The notes beneath the pieces were generated by a model. It saw only the letters and a list, made by a program, of their open reading frames with translations. It was not told the origin of the DNA and did not search any database. Below, one piece after another: positions 1 to 9,496 of a DNA stretch of 64,000 bases. The translations under genes and the position numbers were made by a program. How positions within the stretch are numbered: position 1 is the stretch's first letter; every line of letters begins with the position of its first letter. This DNA comes from an uncultured Nitrososphaerota archaeon. Its GTDB lineage: Archaea; Korarchaeota; Korarchaeia; Korarchaeales; Korarchaeaceae. The stretch covers positions 127,910 through 191,909 of the forward strand of contig CAZUBM010000001.1 of assembly GCA_964618805.1 (NCBI GenBank). Reading direction: 5' to 3'.

Positions 1-1320
1 GGTCCTCTCTCTGGAGAATTTTCTCACGGAATTGCCCTTCGATTCACTTCTACGGCAAAAAATGCAATAGTTGAGGAGTTAAGGGCGGATAACATAACTA
101 ACATCTTGATCTTTGAAGATCGTTACTTCCCCTATCCCTGGCTTTTTGGAGAAGTTGCCTTATCAATGGGAGACGAATACGTCGAGATAGAATTCCCTAT
201 CTACGGCTATTTTGTTGCTGCATACCTTTTGTTTGACCCAAGAGGGGTTTACCTGAGCGATGCCCACATATTAGGCGATGTCAACGGGGATCAGATCCCA
301 GAATTGATTCTGGAAAGAGGCGAAAAGGAAGTCCTCGTTAAGAAAGAGGGAGGAGAGGTAGTCTGGGAGACGAATGGGTCCGCCTTTCTTGTCGTTGGAG
401 ACGTGGATCGGGACTCAATAAACGATGTTATCGTTTTTACCACATATCGTGAAGGGGCTTATCTCCTAAGCGGCAAAAACGGTCGGATTATGAGGAAGAT
501 CGACCTATCACGACGTGCCAGCGGAGAGTACTCTCCTCTTTGTTCGAAAAGGGTTGAGGACATAGATGGAGACGGAATTGCCGAAATTTCGCTTACAGTC
601 AAAGGACAAAGCGTTCTTCTAAGCGGAAGTGAAGTGATGCCCCTAGAAAAGGCGAGAATATGGGTAAACCTAAGTAAGGACCTCAAGCCAACGTTCTATT
701 TGTCTTTCCAATGGAACGGCGGAGAGTGGGAGGTAACCATACCCGAATTCCCTGAGTACCCTAAGCTCGTTGACCTAGTTGGAGATCTTAATGAGGATGG
801 GGTTGGAGATGTCCTATTGGCGAACTTCTCCCCGAAAGATCATGCCCTCTACCTAACGTGTTTTAGCGGGAAGAACGGAATAGAGCTTTGGAATACTTCC
901 CTAACATTACCTAAAGAAGCTCTGGATGTGGAGACGGCCATACTCTCGGTAATTGACTTGGACAAAGATGGACATGAGGACATACTCTTAGCATACAAGC
1001 TAACTCTGTGGGACGTAAAAAGGCCTGAAGACTGTCTTTATGCGATAAGTGCTAATGGAAGCCAGATGTGGACACTTTCCCTTCCTGAAATAACCTCCCT
1101 CATTTACGTTAAGGATTTGGGCCTTCTGATTGGAGAAGTTGGATCCATTGAGCTTGTATCCTTTGAAGGAGAGGTTTTGTGGGAGACGAATGTAGGACTT
1201 CAGAGAATTGTCTCATTAGATTACATTGAAGGGCTTGTCCTTGCATTCAGTTCGTCTGGAAGAATAATTACCCTAGATCCTCAAAACGGGGCCATCTTAG
1301 GAGAAAGAGGAGGTGTTTAA
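1..1320 (+). CDS. FG-GAP/VCBS-repeat beta-propeller surface protein, 5'-truncated by the window edge
   Basis: Frame 1 is open from base 1 into the 106..1320 ORF. Repeated Ca-binding DxD/NxDG motifs (GDVNGDQIPEL, GDVDRDSINDV, EDIDGDGIAEI, GDLNEDGVGDV, DLDKDGHEDI) and PQQ-like 'G..lW' blades. Confidence 0.8.
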   Translation, partial: GPLSGEFSHGIALRFTSTAKNAIVEELRADNITNILIFEDRYFPYPWLFGEVALSMGDEYVEIEFPIYGYFVAAYLLFDPRGVYLSDAHILGDVNGDQIPELILERGEKEVLVKKEGGEVVWETNGSAFLVVGDVDRDSINDVIVFTTYREGAYLLSGKNGRIMRKIDLSRRASGEYSPLCSKRVEDIDGDGIAEISLTVKGQSVLLSGSEVMPLEKARIWVNLSKDLKPTFYLSFQWNGGEWEVTIPEFPEYPKLVDLVGDLNEDGVGDVLLANFSPKDHALYLTCFSGKNGIELWNTSLTLPKEALDVETAILSVIDLDKDGHEDILLAYKLTLWDVKRPEDCLYAISANGSQMWTLSLPEITSLIYVKDLGLLIGEVGSIELVSFEGEVLWETNVGLQRIVSLDYIEGLVLAFSSSGRIITLDPQNGAILGERGGV

Positions 1321-1359
1321 GATCAGAAAAAGATACGAAGACCTCTATCTTTCATATCT

Positions 1360-1587
1360 TTGGTGATGCTTGCAATTGCATTGTTCTTACCCTCGCACTT
1401 TTACAGAGGACAAGGAGATAACTACCGCTGGATAGCTATCCTTGAATCCAAAACATGTAGCATTGAGACAATTACTTTAACTCCTTCAGCGCAGTTTATA
1501 GATAAATACCATTCTCTACTCTTGATTACATTGCTAATTTTGCTCTTTCTTTTCCTATTTTTACTCAAAATTAGAGGAATCAAGTAA
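1360..1587 (+). CDS. small membrane protein, possibly a gene remnant
   Basis: Hydrophobic N-terminus and a C-terminal hydrophobic stretch followed by a basic tail (LLLITLLILLFLFLFLLKIRGIK). Same frame as the upstream ORF. Confidence 0.35.
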   Translation: MVMLAIALFLPSHFYRGQGDNYRWIAILESKTCSIETITLTPSAQFIDKYHSLLLITLLILLFLFLFLLKIRGIK

Positions 1588-1615
1588 ACGAAGCTAGATC
1601 TTCTTAAATACAAGA

Positions 1616-1981
1616 TTAGGGGGAAATGTACATTAACTTGTCCTCAGAAATGTCGTACTCGTACTTAAGGCGGGCCCTATTTACTGTCTCGGCAAAGCTT
1701 CCAGAGAAAGAGACCCTTACCCCTATCAACTCACAAAGCCGGTTTATTATGGAACACACTATTACTCTCGCTCCATCATCTCCAAAAAGGAGTTTCAAAG
1801 AATCAGCTAGTGCCTCGGGAGATCTTAAGAGTTCTTTTGGGAGCATTCCCTTAAGATCACACATCAGGGAGACTATTGCTTCTTGAGCTACATTACCGAA
1901 TATATTCTTTAGAGTAGACTCTACTGCCTCGACGTATAGCACGTCAAAACCCTTCTTTTTGTCCCTAAGGAGTTCTGGCAC
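1616..1981 (-). CDS. small helical archaeal protein, DUF3227/NitrOD5-like
   Basis: Pattern EAVESTLKNIFG...PEALADSLKLLFGDDGARVI resembles this archaeal family. Confidence 0.6.
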   Translation of the reverse strand: MPELLRDKKKGFDVLYVEAVESTLKNIFGNVAQEAIVSLMCDLKGMLPKELLRSPEALADSLKLLFGDDGARVIVCSIINRLCELIGVRVSFSGSFAETVNRARLKYEYDISEDKLMYISP

Positions 1982-2257
1982 TGCATGTGCTTAATATATT
2001 TGGGAAATAGATGATTAACGTTTCAAAGCGTTTCATTTTCATTCAATTTTGTTTTAAACCTTTTCAAAGATGTGTATTTTAACATAATAAGCGATGTTTT
2101 GTAAAAATAAAACAGGATCTCAGCTTTTTGTTACTTTTTAGCTAAATAGAGTAATAACAATGTAATCGAAAGATTTTCGATTTAAGAGAAGAGAGTGCCT
2201 TCGATCTTAACCTAAAAGATATTAAGATATTATCGCCAAATCTGATGGGTCTCCTGG

Positions 2258-2767
2258 GTGTCTTCGAAGAAACTCTGGCTGGCTGCTCTGTTAAACCTGG
2301 TTCTACCCGGCTTGGGTTTCATATACGTAGGAGGTCTTGGGTGGATCGTTGTAGGAATAGTTCTGATCGTCTTCTTCTGGGGGCTGTCTCCAATAGCTTG
2401 GTTCTTGGTTACTGGCGCAGGCCTGAAAGAAATCTCTGGCTGGACTGTCTTGGCTTTAATAACAGGACCTCTAGGAGTTTATGCAGCCGGTCGAAAGAAT
2501 AAGAAGATGCAAGAGCTAATAAGTCCTCAGCTTCCAAGGCCTGAAACTTTACAATCTCTGCCTAGCAAAGGGTTAGAGCAAGACAGGGAGGAAAAGCTTC
2601 GAAAGCTTGAAGAAGCACTCTTAGACGGCAAGATTAGTGAGGAGACTTATTGGGAACTTAGAAGAAAATATGAGCAACCTCAAAAAGAAGTAGAGGCAGA
2701 GAAACTTTCCTTAGATCTTTCTGGTCCTAAAGAACTTAAGAAATGCAGAAAAAGGGCGATGAGGTGA
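2258..2767 (+). CDS. membrane protein with SHOCT-like C-terminal domain
   Basis: N-terminal LLNLVLPGLGFIYVG TM motif plus further TM segments, then KLRKLEEALLDGKISEETYWELRRK (SHOCT-like). Confidence 0.7.
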   Translation: MSSKKLWLAALLNLVLPGLGFIYVGGLGWIVVGIVLIVFFWGLSPIAWFLVTGAGLKEISGWTVLALITGPLGVYAAGRKNKKMQELISPQLPRPETLQSLPSKGLEQDREEKLRKLEEALLDGKISEETYWELRRKYEQPQKEVEAEKLSLDLSGPKELKKCRKRAMR

Positions 2768-3159
2768 GTATAGTCTGTCCATCTTGCCGCAAGACCACGA
2801 TTATTAAAACTTCTGCTTTTACAACAGATTTGGAAGAGAGATCAAGGATGAATCTTAAGGAAACTGGAGAAAGCATCACTCTAGGCCGAAATCTAGGCTG
2901 GCTGCTAGGTTTTATCACGGCGGTCTTTGTTGCAGGAGGAGCATATGTTTTTGTGGGGCTTTTAACCAACAATACTACCATAGCTTACGTTCTTGCAGTG
3001 TTTCTGGTGCTTGCTTTAGCTAGGCCAATTAGTTATTATATTACCTTCCAAATTTTCGGCAGAGAGGTTCCAGTATGGCTTTTCCAATGTAAGAATTGTG
3101 GAAAAAACATGATCTTGGTATCAAATGGGTCTGAAACTTATTTGCTCATGAGAAAGTGA
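2743..3159 (+). CDS. Zn-ribbon membrane protein, possibly the frameshifted C-terminal half of 2258..2767
   Basis: CPSC and CKNC pairs flank two TM helices. Overlaps the upstream ORF by 25 nt at an A run (2741-2743). Confidence 0.65.
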   Translation: MQKKGDEVSIVCPSCRKTTIIKTSAFTTDLEERSRMNLKETGESITLGRNLGWLLGFITAVFVAGGAYVFVGLLTNNTTIAYVLAVFLVLALARPISYYITFQIFGREVPVWLFQCKNCGKNMILVSNGSETYLLMRK

Positions 3160-3308
3160 ATTCAATGAGTGACCACTCAAGCTGGGTAGGGATACTTAAG
3201 ACAATATCCTCGAAAAGAGGAGATAAGGGCTCTGAACGCATATATGACATCAATAATCATCTATGACCAAGATCTTTATTTGAAAGTTCTTTATGATCAT
3301 CTTATCGA

Positions 3309-4901
3309 TTAATAAGACTTGAATTTCCCAATTACAAGTCTATCCGAAGCTACAGACAGTATTTCAGACCTAAAAACATCACCTACTTTTAAATCTCTCG
3401 GTACACTTCTAACTAGAACGGTAGGGCCTTCTCTGAAAGGATAGGCCACCCTAAGTCTTCTCCTTCGTCCTGGGGCCAAGACAACCTTCAAATCCTTGCC
3501 AATTAGTTCCTTTTTCCTTTCCAAATTGAATTTCCTAGCAGCCCTTTCAATTATCCTTGAGGCCGCATCCCTTGAAGAAGAAGGCCCTTCAGGCATGTTT
3601 TCAAATGCAGAGCACGGAAGAGGCTTAAATCTGTATACTGTAATTTTCTCTACTCCAATAAAGTACAACTTCTCCATCATGTTTGCTGTTTTTCTTGCAG
3701 TCTCCTTGGTCTGTCCCGGAAGACCGTGAATGAAGTAGACATAAACTCGCAATCCAGCTTTTATCGCAGATCTAATGGCCTCGACATCTTTAGATGGAGC
3801 AGAAGGCCTCCCTAACAGTGTTGCATGCCTATCATCTCCTGTTTCGATCCCCACATGTATTACTGCCCCAGGTAGATAGTTTGAAAGCAGAGATATTGCT
3901 TCTTCGGTCAAAAGGGACGCCTTAGCGTTCTCAACTCCGACGTACACCTCTCCTTTCCTCACCTCTGGTATTGATGTGACAGTAGAGAGAAGCTCTTCGA
4001 TGGCTTTTAGGTTCGGCTTAGGTTCTGATGGATGAGTTGGTACATCAACGATGTCCTCTCTCCCATATTCAAGGAAATCTGCTCCGCTAAGTATTATCCT
4101 TTTAGCTCCGTTTTTTATCAAACCCCTTATCTCCTCAATTAGCATTTTCAGATCTCTGGACTTTGGATATCCATAAACAGCAGGGATTGAACAATATCCA
4201 CATCCAGGAGGGATTCCTTGAGGGCAAATGAGTCTTAAAGGAAGGTTAGTACCAAAACAAGCCCTACAAGACTTACATTTTCTCATATCTGCCATGATTA
4301 AAGCTCTGTTGTAGTTAGAGCAGCCTCTTACGACCTCTACGTAAACTCTGGATGCCTTAAAATGGGGTATTGAGGTGTAGTGGCGTATTGCACGAAAGGA
4401 AGGCCTATACCTATTGAAATCCTCCTTTTTCAGTATTTTGTGGCCAGTTAAGTAGATTTTACCGTCCATAACGAGAATTAGATTAGAAATATCCCTCAAT
4501 TCCTCTAACTTTGCCTCATCCAAGCCAAGGCCTAGCAGAGAATCGACGGCAACCTCTCCTTCCCCAAATATCCCAATATCATACCCTAATTTGGCTATGA
4601 CAGATGGATCACACGTGATGGGCCCCCCTAATACCTTGAATGAGGTTTTAAAGGCTCTTGATATCCTTTTAGCGGCCTTAAAGTCCATAGTCATAGCGCT
4701 AACCATCACTACATTGCTTTTCGAGAATTTAGAGGGTTTTCTAAGGACATCCTCTACCCTTACAATTCTATAAGGGAGGCCGTGCTTCTCAAGTATTCCA
4801 GCTATGGTTCTAGGACCCGCTCCTATGACATCAAGTGCAGACCTTCTTGTCCCCTCTCCTGCTGCTAGAGCATCAATTAAAAGGACTTCTGACTCAAGCA
4901 C
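3309..4901 (-). CDS. archaeal radical SAM protein with B12-binding-like N-terminus and TRAM-like C-terminus
   Basis: VLGGP...GEGE N-domain. YVEVVRGC...GCGYC split Fe-S motif. GIETGD and YFIHGLPGQT core motifs. Beta-rich C-terminus. Confidence 0.85.
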   Translation of the reverse strand: MLESEVLLIDALAAGEGTRRSALDVIGAGPRTIAGILEKHGLPYRIVRVEDVLRKPSKFSKSNVVMVSAMTMDFKAAKRISRAFKTSFKVLGGPITCDPSVIAKLGYDIGIFGEGEVAVDSLLGLGLDEAKLEELRDISNLILVMDGKIYLTGHKILKKEDFNRYRPSFRAIRHYTSIPHFKASRVYVEVVRGCSNYNRALIMADMRKCKSCRACFGTNLPLRLICPQGIPPGCGYCSIPAVYGYPKSRDLKMLIEEIRGLIKNGAKRIILSGADFLEYGREDIVDVPTHPSEPKPNLKAIEELLSTVTSIPEVRKGEVYVGVENAKASLLTEEAISLLSNYLPGAVIHVGIETGDDRHATLLGRPSAPSKDVEAIRSAIKAGLRVYVYFIHGLPGQTKETARKTANMMEKLYFIGVEKITVYRFKPLPCSAFENMPEGPSSSRDAASRIIERAARKFNLERKKELIGKDLKVVLAPGRRRRLRVAYPFREGPTVLVRSVPRDLKVGDVFRSEILSVASDRLVIGKFKSY

Positions 4902-4920
4902 TCCTTAACCTCCCCCCACC

Positions 4921-5802
4921 CTATCTGATCCTCCACAGAATTCCGGATTCGGTAGCTATCGGTTCGACTTCTCCCTCATCAAACATATAGGAAAGGAGGG
5001 ATTTTATCGTGACGCTAGAAATCAACAGAGACCAAACGCTTATGTTAGCACCTCCCTCCACCAAAATGTGAGCCGTTAAGCCCTCGGCTGAGATCGGGCC
5101 CCTTTCAAGGATACTCTCTGCCTTCTTTGGCAGCATTTCTAAAGCAACCAAGTTAGCCCTTAATATGTCTTCTGCCCTCTTACCCTCACAAACTGGCCCG
5201 TGAGACGGGACTATCTTTCTGTAATCTCTGACATTATCTAACAGATCTCGTATGGTTTCTAAAGAGGCCTCGTAATCGATGAAATAGGGAACTACAACTG
5301 TTCTAAGCAACTTATCCCCGAAGAAGGCATCTCCGGCATAGAGTAGGCCGTCTTCCGTTAAATAACCGACATGACCAAAGGAATGGCCAGGAAGAGGTAT
5401 GGACTCAAAAGGACCAAGCTTACAAGGAGGGTTAAAGCTCTCATCTATCCTTATTGGCAAAGCTGGAGCAATCTTTGTGAGCTTATCACTTCTTTTAGCT
5501 CCAAAATCTAGTGCCTTCCTTATCTCTACGTTCCTAGCTGAACATGACTCGAGATATGGACAGGCTACGACTGCGTTTGTAAGCTCTACTAGCTTAGGTA
5601 TTGCAGCCAAGTGATCGGAGTGGCTGTGGGTTATCAATACTATTTTCCTCTTCCCTTTATCTAAGCTTCTTGCCAGTTCTTCTCCTCTCTCTGGATATGC
5701 TCCTGGATCCACTATCCACATCTCTCCATCGAAAGGTATAACAAGCGTGCATGGCGAACCTGGAGCCAAGAACGCGCCTTTCCCTAACTTCCTAAGTTCC
5801 AT
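4921..5802 (-). CDS. MBL-fold metallo-hydrolase
   Basis: THSHSDH, PGHSFGH, AGDA and PSHG motifs. Confidence 0.9.
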   Translation of the reverse strand: MELRKLGKGAFLAPGSPCTLVIPFDGEMWIVDPGAYPERGEELARSLDKGKRKIVLITHSHSDHLAAIPKLVELTNAVVACPYLESCSARNVEIRKALDFGAKRSDKLTKIAPALPIRIDESFNPPCKLGPFESIPLPGHSFGHVGYLTEDGLLYAGDAFFGDKLLRTVVVPYFIDYEASLETIRDLLDNVRDYRKIVPSHGPVCEGKRAEDILRANLVALEMLPKKAESILERGPISAEGLTAHILVEGGANISVWSLLISSVTIKSLLSYMFDEGEVEPIATESGILWRIR

Positions 5803-5842
5803 AGGTTTTTTCTAGAGGTGTTTTTGAATAAAAAGAAGTGAA

Positions 5843-6100
5843 TTAGCCTCCTCCAACTGGAGGGATAAAGGATACAACATCTTTATCCTTAATTATCGCA
5901 GAGAGACCTCCAAATTCTTCCACAGGCTTGTTATTGATCAGTACTATAATGTTTACCTTTCCCTCTTTACATATCAACCTTCTTGCTTCCTCAGGAAAGC
6001 TTTCGATAAGCCTCTTAAGGGTAATTGAGGTCTCGAACTCTATCTCCCTGCTTAGGATCTCCCTAAGCCTTCCTATGAACTTTGCTCTTGCCTTTGGCAC
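5843..6100 (-). CDS. MoaD/ThiS/SAMP ubiquitin-like protein
   Basis: 85 aa beta-grasp pattern ending D.VSFIPPVGGG. Confidence 0.9.
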   Translation of the reverse strand: MPKARAKFIGRLREILSREIEFETSITLKRLIESFPEEARRLICKEGKVNIIVLINNKPVEEFGGLSAIIKDKDVVSFIPPVGGG

Positions 6101-6112
6101 CTTAACTCACCC

Positions 6113-7396
6113 CTAAGCCCCTGGCTCCTTAACAAATTTGATGAAAACCAGGAGCGTAATAAGACCTATGACTGCGCTTATGAAAAATGGTATTGCCGCC
6201 CCAGGAAGGGAGATTTTCCAAAATTTAAGGAATTTCGGTGCATAAAGCTGGTAGAGATGTCCTCCTATAAGGGGACCTATTACGGCCCCTATGTTGAAGG
6301 CTGCTTGCACCGTACCAAAGATCTTTCCTCTAACCTCCCTTGGGACTATGTCTGCTTGAAGAGCCCTGAAAGATGGCATCGAAAAGTTAAATGCAATCGA
6401 TCTGATGCTAGATAGTGCTCCAAAAAGTTTCAAGCTCTTGGAAAAAGGTATTAACATTGTCGTAAGCCTCGAGAGGAAGGTACCAGATATTATGACTGGG
6501 CGTCTTCCCATGGAGTCAGAAATTCTGCCTGCAGGATATGTCACCATCAATCCTAGCAATCCCGCTATCGTTGTGACTGTTGCGACTGCTGCTGGATCCG
6601 CTTTTATGAACTCTATTATGAAGATGCTGTAGAGGGGTGCCGTGAGACCCATTCCAACGCCGTTTGCTATTGCCATGGCATATATTGCTTTTATGCTCCT
6701 CTTAGTCTCCTCAGATATCTTAATTTGAATGTTTGGGTTTGATAGAGTCTGAGAACCCACGTTTCTTTGGGGATTTTCCTCAAGTAAAAGGGTTGCTGGA
6801 ATGGCTAAGGATGAAAATAGTGCAAGGCCATAAAAGGGGAATTTAAGGGCTGAACCCACATCCTTTATCCCTAACACAATTACTCCAAACTTGTAGATCG
6901 CTGCGCCAATGGCCGGGCCGGAAGTCATAGCAAGGTTGTTTGCTATCATGTAAACCGCCATTGCTCTCCCCCTGTAGCTCGGATCTGTCGTGTCCATTAG
7001 CAATGCTTCAGCAACAGGCCATACCATTGCTGAAGCGATCCCTTGAAAGCCCCTTATCAAGTAAAGATGGATCGTTGAGGAAGACGCTATGTATGCTAGG
7101 GCCATTAGGACGTAGAACAATGTCCCAACAAGTATTATCTTCTTCCTCCCAACTCTATCGCTTAAAGTCCCGAAATATCGGGCCATTATTGCTCTAGTCA
7201 GCATAAATGCCGACATCAGAGCAGTGTACTCTAGAGCATAGCTTGATGCCCCTGAAATCCTCTCAAATGTCTCAGGCAGTCTATCGAGTTTCCCTGCAAG
7301 GTAAAGTATATAGTATGGTAGAACCGCTGATATGGATCCAAAGCCCAAACTGACCATAAAGTCAAGCCAAGAAAGGAGCACTAGGTTCTTCTTCAA
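6113..7396 (-). CDS. MFS transporter
   Basis: About 12 TM segments. Motif A GTLSDRVGRK, repeated as GRISDSMGRR. Confidence 0.92.
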   Translation of the reverse strand: MKKNLVLLSWLDFMVSLGFGSISAVLPYYILYLAGKLDRLPETFERISGASSYALEYTALMSAFMLTRAIMARYFGTLSDRVGRKKIILVGTLFYVLMALAYIASSSTIHLYLIRGFQGIASAMVWPVAEALLMDTTDPSYRGRAMAVYMIANNLAMTSGPAIGAAIYKFGVIVLGIKDVGSALKFPFYGLALFSSLAIPATLLLEENPQRNVGSQTLSNPNIQIKISEETKRSIKAIYAMAIANGVGMGLTAPLYSIFIIEFIKADPAAVATVTTIAGLLGLMVTYPAGRISDSMGRRPVIISGTFLSRLTTMLIPFSKSLKLFGALSSIRSIAFNFSMPSFRALQADIVPREVRGKIFGTVQAAFNIGAVIGPLIGGHLYQLYAPKFLKFWKISLPGAAIPFFISAVIGLITLLVFIKFVKEPGA

Positions 7397-7528
7397 TCTT
7401 TAACCCTTCTTAATCCTCCAAGGATCTATAAAAGAATTAATCGCTGCCAGAACTGACTCATGACAAAATCTCCTCCTCTTGGAGGATTTATCAGTGAGAA
7501 GTTGGGCTCGACGCTAAAGAAACCTTCT

Positions 7529-8800
7529 TCAAATATTGAGAAGGGACAAAAACGGGAATTTTCTTAAAGATCTGGCTTTTTGCCATGCTTTCAGTTCTTC
7601 TTCCGAGAAAGAGAGCTTTTCAATAAGATACATTGGAAGACAATAGTCTGTGAGCACAACCTCCTTTTTCTTCATTTCTGCAGCAAAGGACGCAGCTTTC
7701 GAGCCTCCTTTCTTCAAACCTTCTTCATATGCAGCCATAACTTCTGATTTGTAGTATCCAACTATGCCTTCCCCTTGTAGTTGAGGGAATAGTGTGGGGA
7801 ATATTCCGGCATTCGAAATAGATGTAAATGTCCTTACCCATAGTTCCTCGGCCCAAACCTCCCTATCAAGGAACTCCTTCCTATCTTTTTCATTCATAAG
7901 GACGTTTCTACGAACGAAATTAAACGAAATCACCGCAGCTCCTAGATAAGGATTGGCCAAATAAAGAAGGCGATAGAAATCGTTCAAGTTTGGAGCATTC
8001 TTTGCTTTCTCAAGCCCTTCTTCACCTATCTTCAACAACGTAGGACCTGTAATGACCAAAGCCCCTATTTGGTCCCTTTCGATCAATTCATCGATGAACT
8101 TGTTGCGGAATTTCATTGGATCAAAATTCCCTATGTTTTGAACTACCCATTTGAGGAAGTAGCTCGAATCTTGCCTTGAAACGAGTCCTCTCTCCCATAC
8201 CTCTCCTAAGCTGATGAGTGTGGAAAGAACTAAGAGATAGTCTATGAAGTATTGATTGGGAAGTGTAAAGCGATCAATTAGTCCATATAGCTCCTGAGAG
8301 AAGTTAATTGAGAATTTTCGGACTTTTTCGAGCAAGTCCATAGTCTTATCTCGCGTCAAGTACTCTTTCATCATCCTTGCAAGCCCTTGACGTAAGACCC
8401 CCGTATAGGTATGTTCGAAAAGACTCCTTATGACTCCTATCACGGTATCCAAATTTAGAACCCGATAAAGGTCAGGATCCTTTCCCTTCAGCTCTGACGA
8501 TAGTTTCAGTAGTCTTGAGAAAAGCCTTCTATCTTTAGGATCATACTTAATGGCAATCCTTTCCCTTCTTCCATCAGGTCTACTTAGCAAAGCATATTCT
8601 TCGTGCTCCAAGAAAGATTCTTGAGATGATCTAAAGTCAGTTTCAGGGACCGGCTTATATCCCTTAGAAATGTAATTCAACACTCGCTCGGTTTTTTGTA
8701 ACAACTTCTCAGCGTCCTCTGGTGTTAGGATCATCAAGCAACGGCAAACTCTTGCTATTTCATCGCGCAGTTCGACGATATGAGGAGGCATCACATGCAC
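7529..8800 (-). CDS. hypothetical protein (423 aa, mostly helical)
   Basis: Long uninterrupted ORF, 4 nt downstream of 8805..9305. No recognised motif. Confidence 0.75.
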   Translation of the reverse strand: MHVMPPHIVELRDEIARVCRCLMILTPEDAEKLLQKTERVLNYISKGYKPVPETDFRSSQESFLEHEEYALLSRPDGRRERIAIKYDPKDRRLFSRLLKLSSELKGKDPDLYRVLNLDTVIGVIRSLFEHTYTGVLRQGLARMMKEYLTRDKTMDLLEKVRKFSINFSQELYGLIDRFTLPNQYFIDYLLVLSTLISLGEVWERGLVSRQDSSYFLKWVVQNIGNFDPMKFRNKFIDELIERDQIGALVITGPTLLKIGEEGLEKAKNAPNLNDFYRLLYLANPYLGAAVISFNFVRRNVLMNEKDRKEFLDREVWAEELWVRTFTSISNAGIFPTLFPQLQGEGIVGYYKSEVMAAYEEGLKKGGSKAASFAAEMKKKEVVLTDYCLPMYLIEKLSFSEEELKAWQKARSLRKFPFLSLLNI

Positions 8801-8804
8801 AGCA

Positions 8805-9305
8805 TTATTTACCTCCGCTTGTGAATACGATAGTCAGAGCCCCTGCTATTCTTTCAGCACGGTCTTTTGCTTTGTCCTCCGGAAAATTATGAGACTTCAA
8901 GGCATTAAAAACCATCTTTGTGCCTTCTTCTATGGCTTCTTTGAGGTCTGCTTCAGATGACCCCTTAACGACCACAACAACGGAGTTCATCAACTGGTGA
9001 AGTTCTTCCTGCTGCTCAACAGAATCTGTCTTGAGAGCCTTCTGGGTGAAATCTGAGAGCTCTTCGAGGGTCTTTTCAACTAAATGTTCAAACAACTTCT
9101 CCTTTAACGCATTAACGAACCCAGACAAAAAAGAGCCTATCAAGAGCCCAGAAAAAGTGATGAGCAGTTCAGATCCCACATGATAGCGAACATCTTCTTC
9201 AACCCTGATGAGAGGCAAATCTGCTGCTATCACGTCAGATACGTCGAGATAGGCTCTTTGTGTCTCTTCAAGAGAGATCTGATCTTCACTAACAGAAGGA
9301 TTCAT
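8805..9305 (-). CDS. hypothetical protein with one Gly-rich hydrophobic helix
   Basis: ORF with LLITFSGLLIGSFLSGFVNAL. Its 3' end holds a GGAGG RBS for the next gene. Confidence 0.7.
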   Translation of the reverse strand: MNPSVSEDQISLEETQRAYLDVSDVIAADLPLIRVEEDVRYHVGSELLITFSGLLIGSFLSGFVNALKEKLFEHLVEKTLEELSDFTQKALKTDSVEQQEELHQLMNSVVVVVKGSSEADLKEAIEEGTKMVFNALKSHNFPEDKAKDRAERIAGALTIVFTSGGK

Positions 9306-9451
9306 TACGTTAATGTCTAGATCATATTAAAAAACAATCTCATATTGCCTGATGTTCCCTAACTTTTGCGCAAGAGATGTCCATTATATGATTGAAGATC
9401 GCTACCACCGCTTTTTAACTAGTTCTTTGACCACTCATCAATTTTCTTCAA

Positions 9452-9480
9452 GATGATTTCTCAGCCCATGAGAAATCATC
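9452..9480. repeat. perfect 12-bp inverted repeat (terminator hairpin or operator)
   Basis: GATGATTTCTCA-gccca-TGAGAAATCATC, just downstream of the GNAT stop at 9497. Confidence 0.7.
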
Positions 9481-9496
9481 ATACGAGCTAAGGGCT

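Noticed and set aside
1318-1587. Readthrough of TAA 1318-1320 to give the FG-GAP protein a C-terminal anchor
   Set aside because: The frame is shared, but the downstream ORF has its own hydrophobic N-terminus and an RBS-like GGAGG lies before the stop. No evidence for readthrough.
2019-2035. CGTTTCA direct repeat with 10-bp period upstream of 1616..1981
   Set aside because: Only two short copies in AT-rich DNA, too weak to call an operator.
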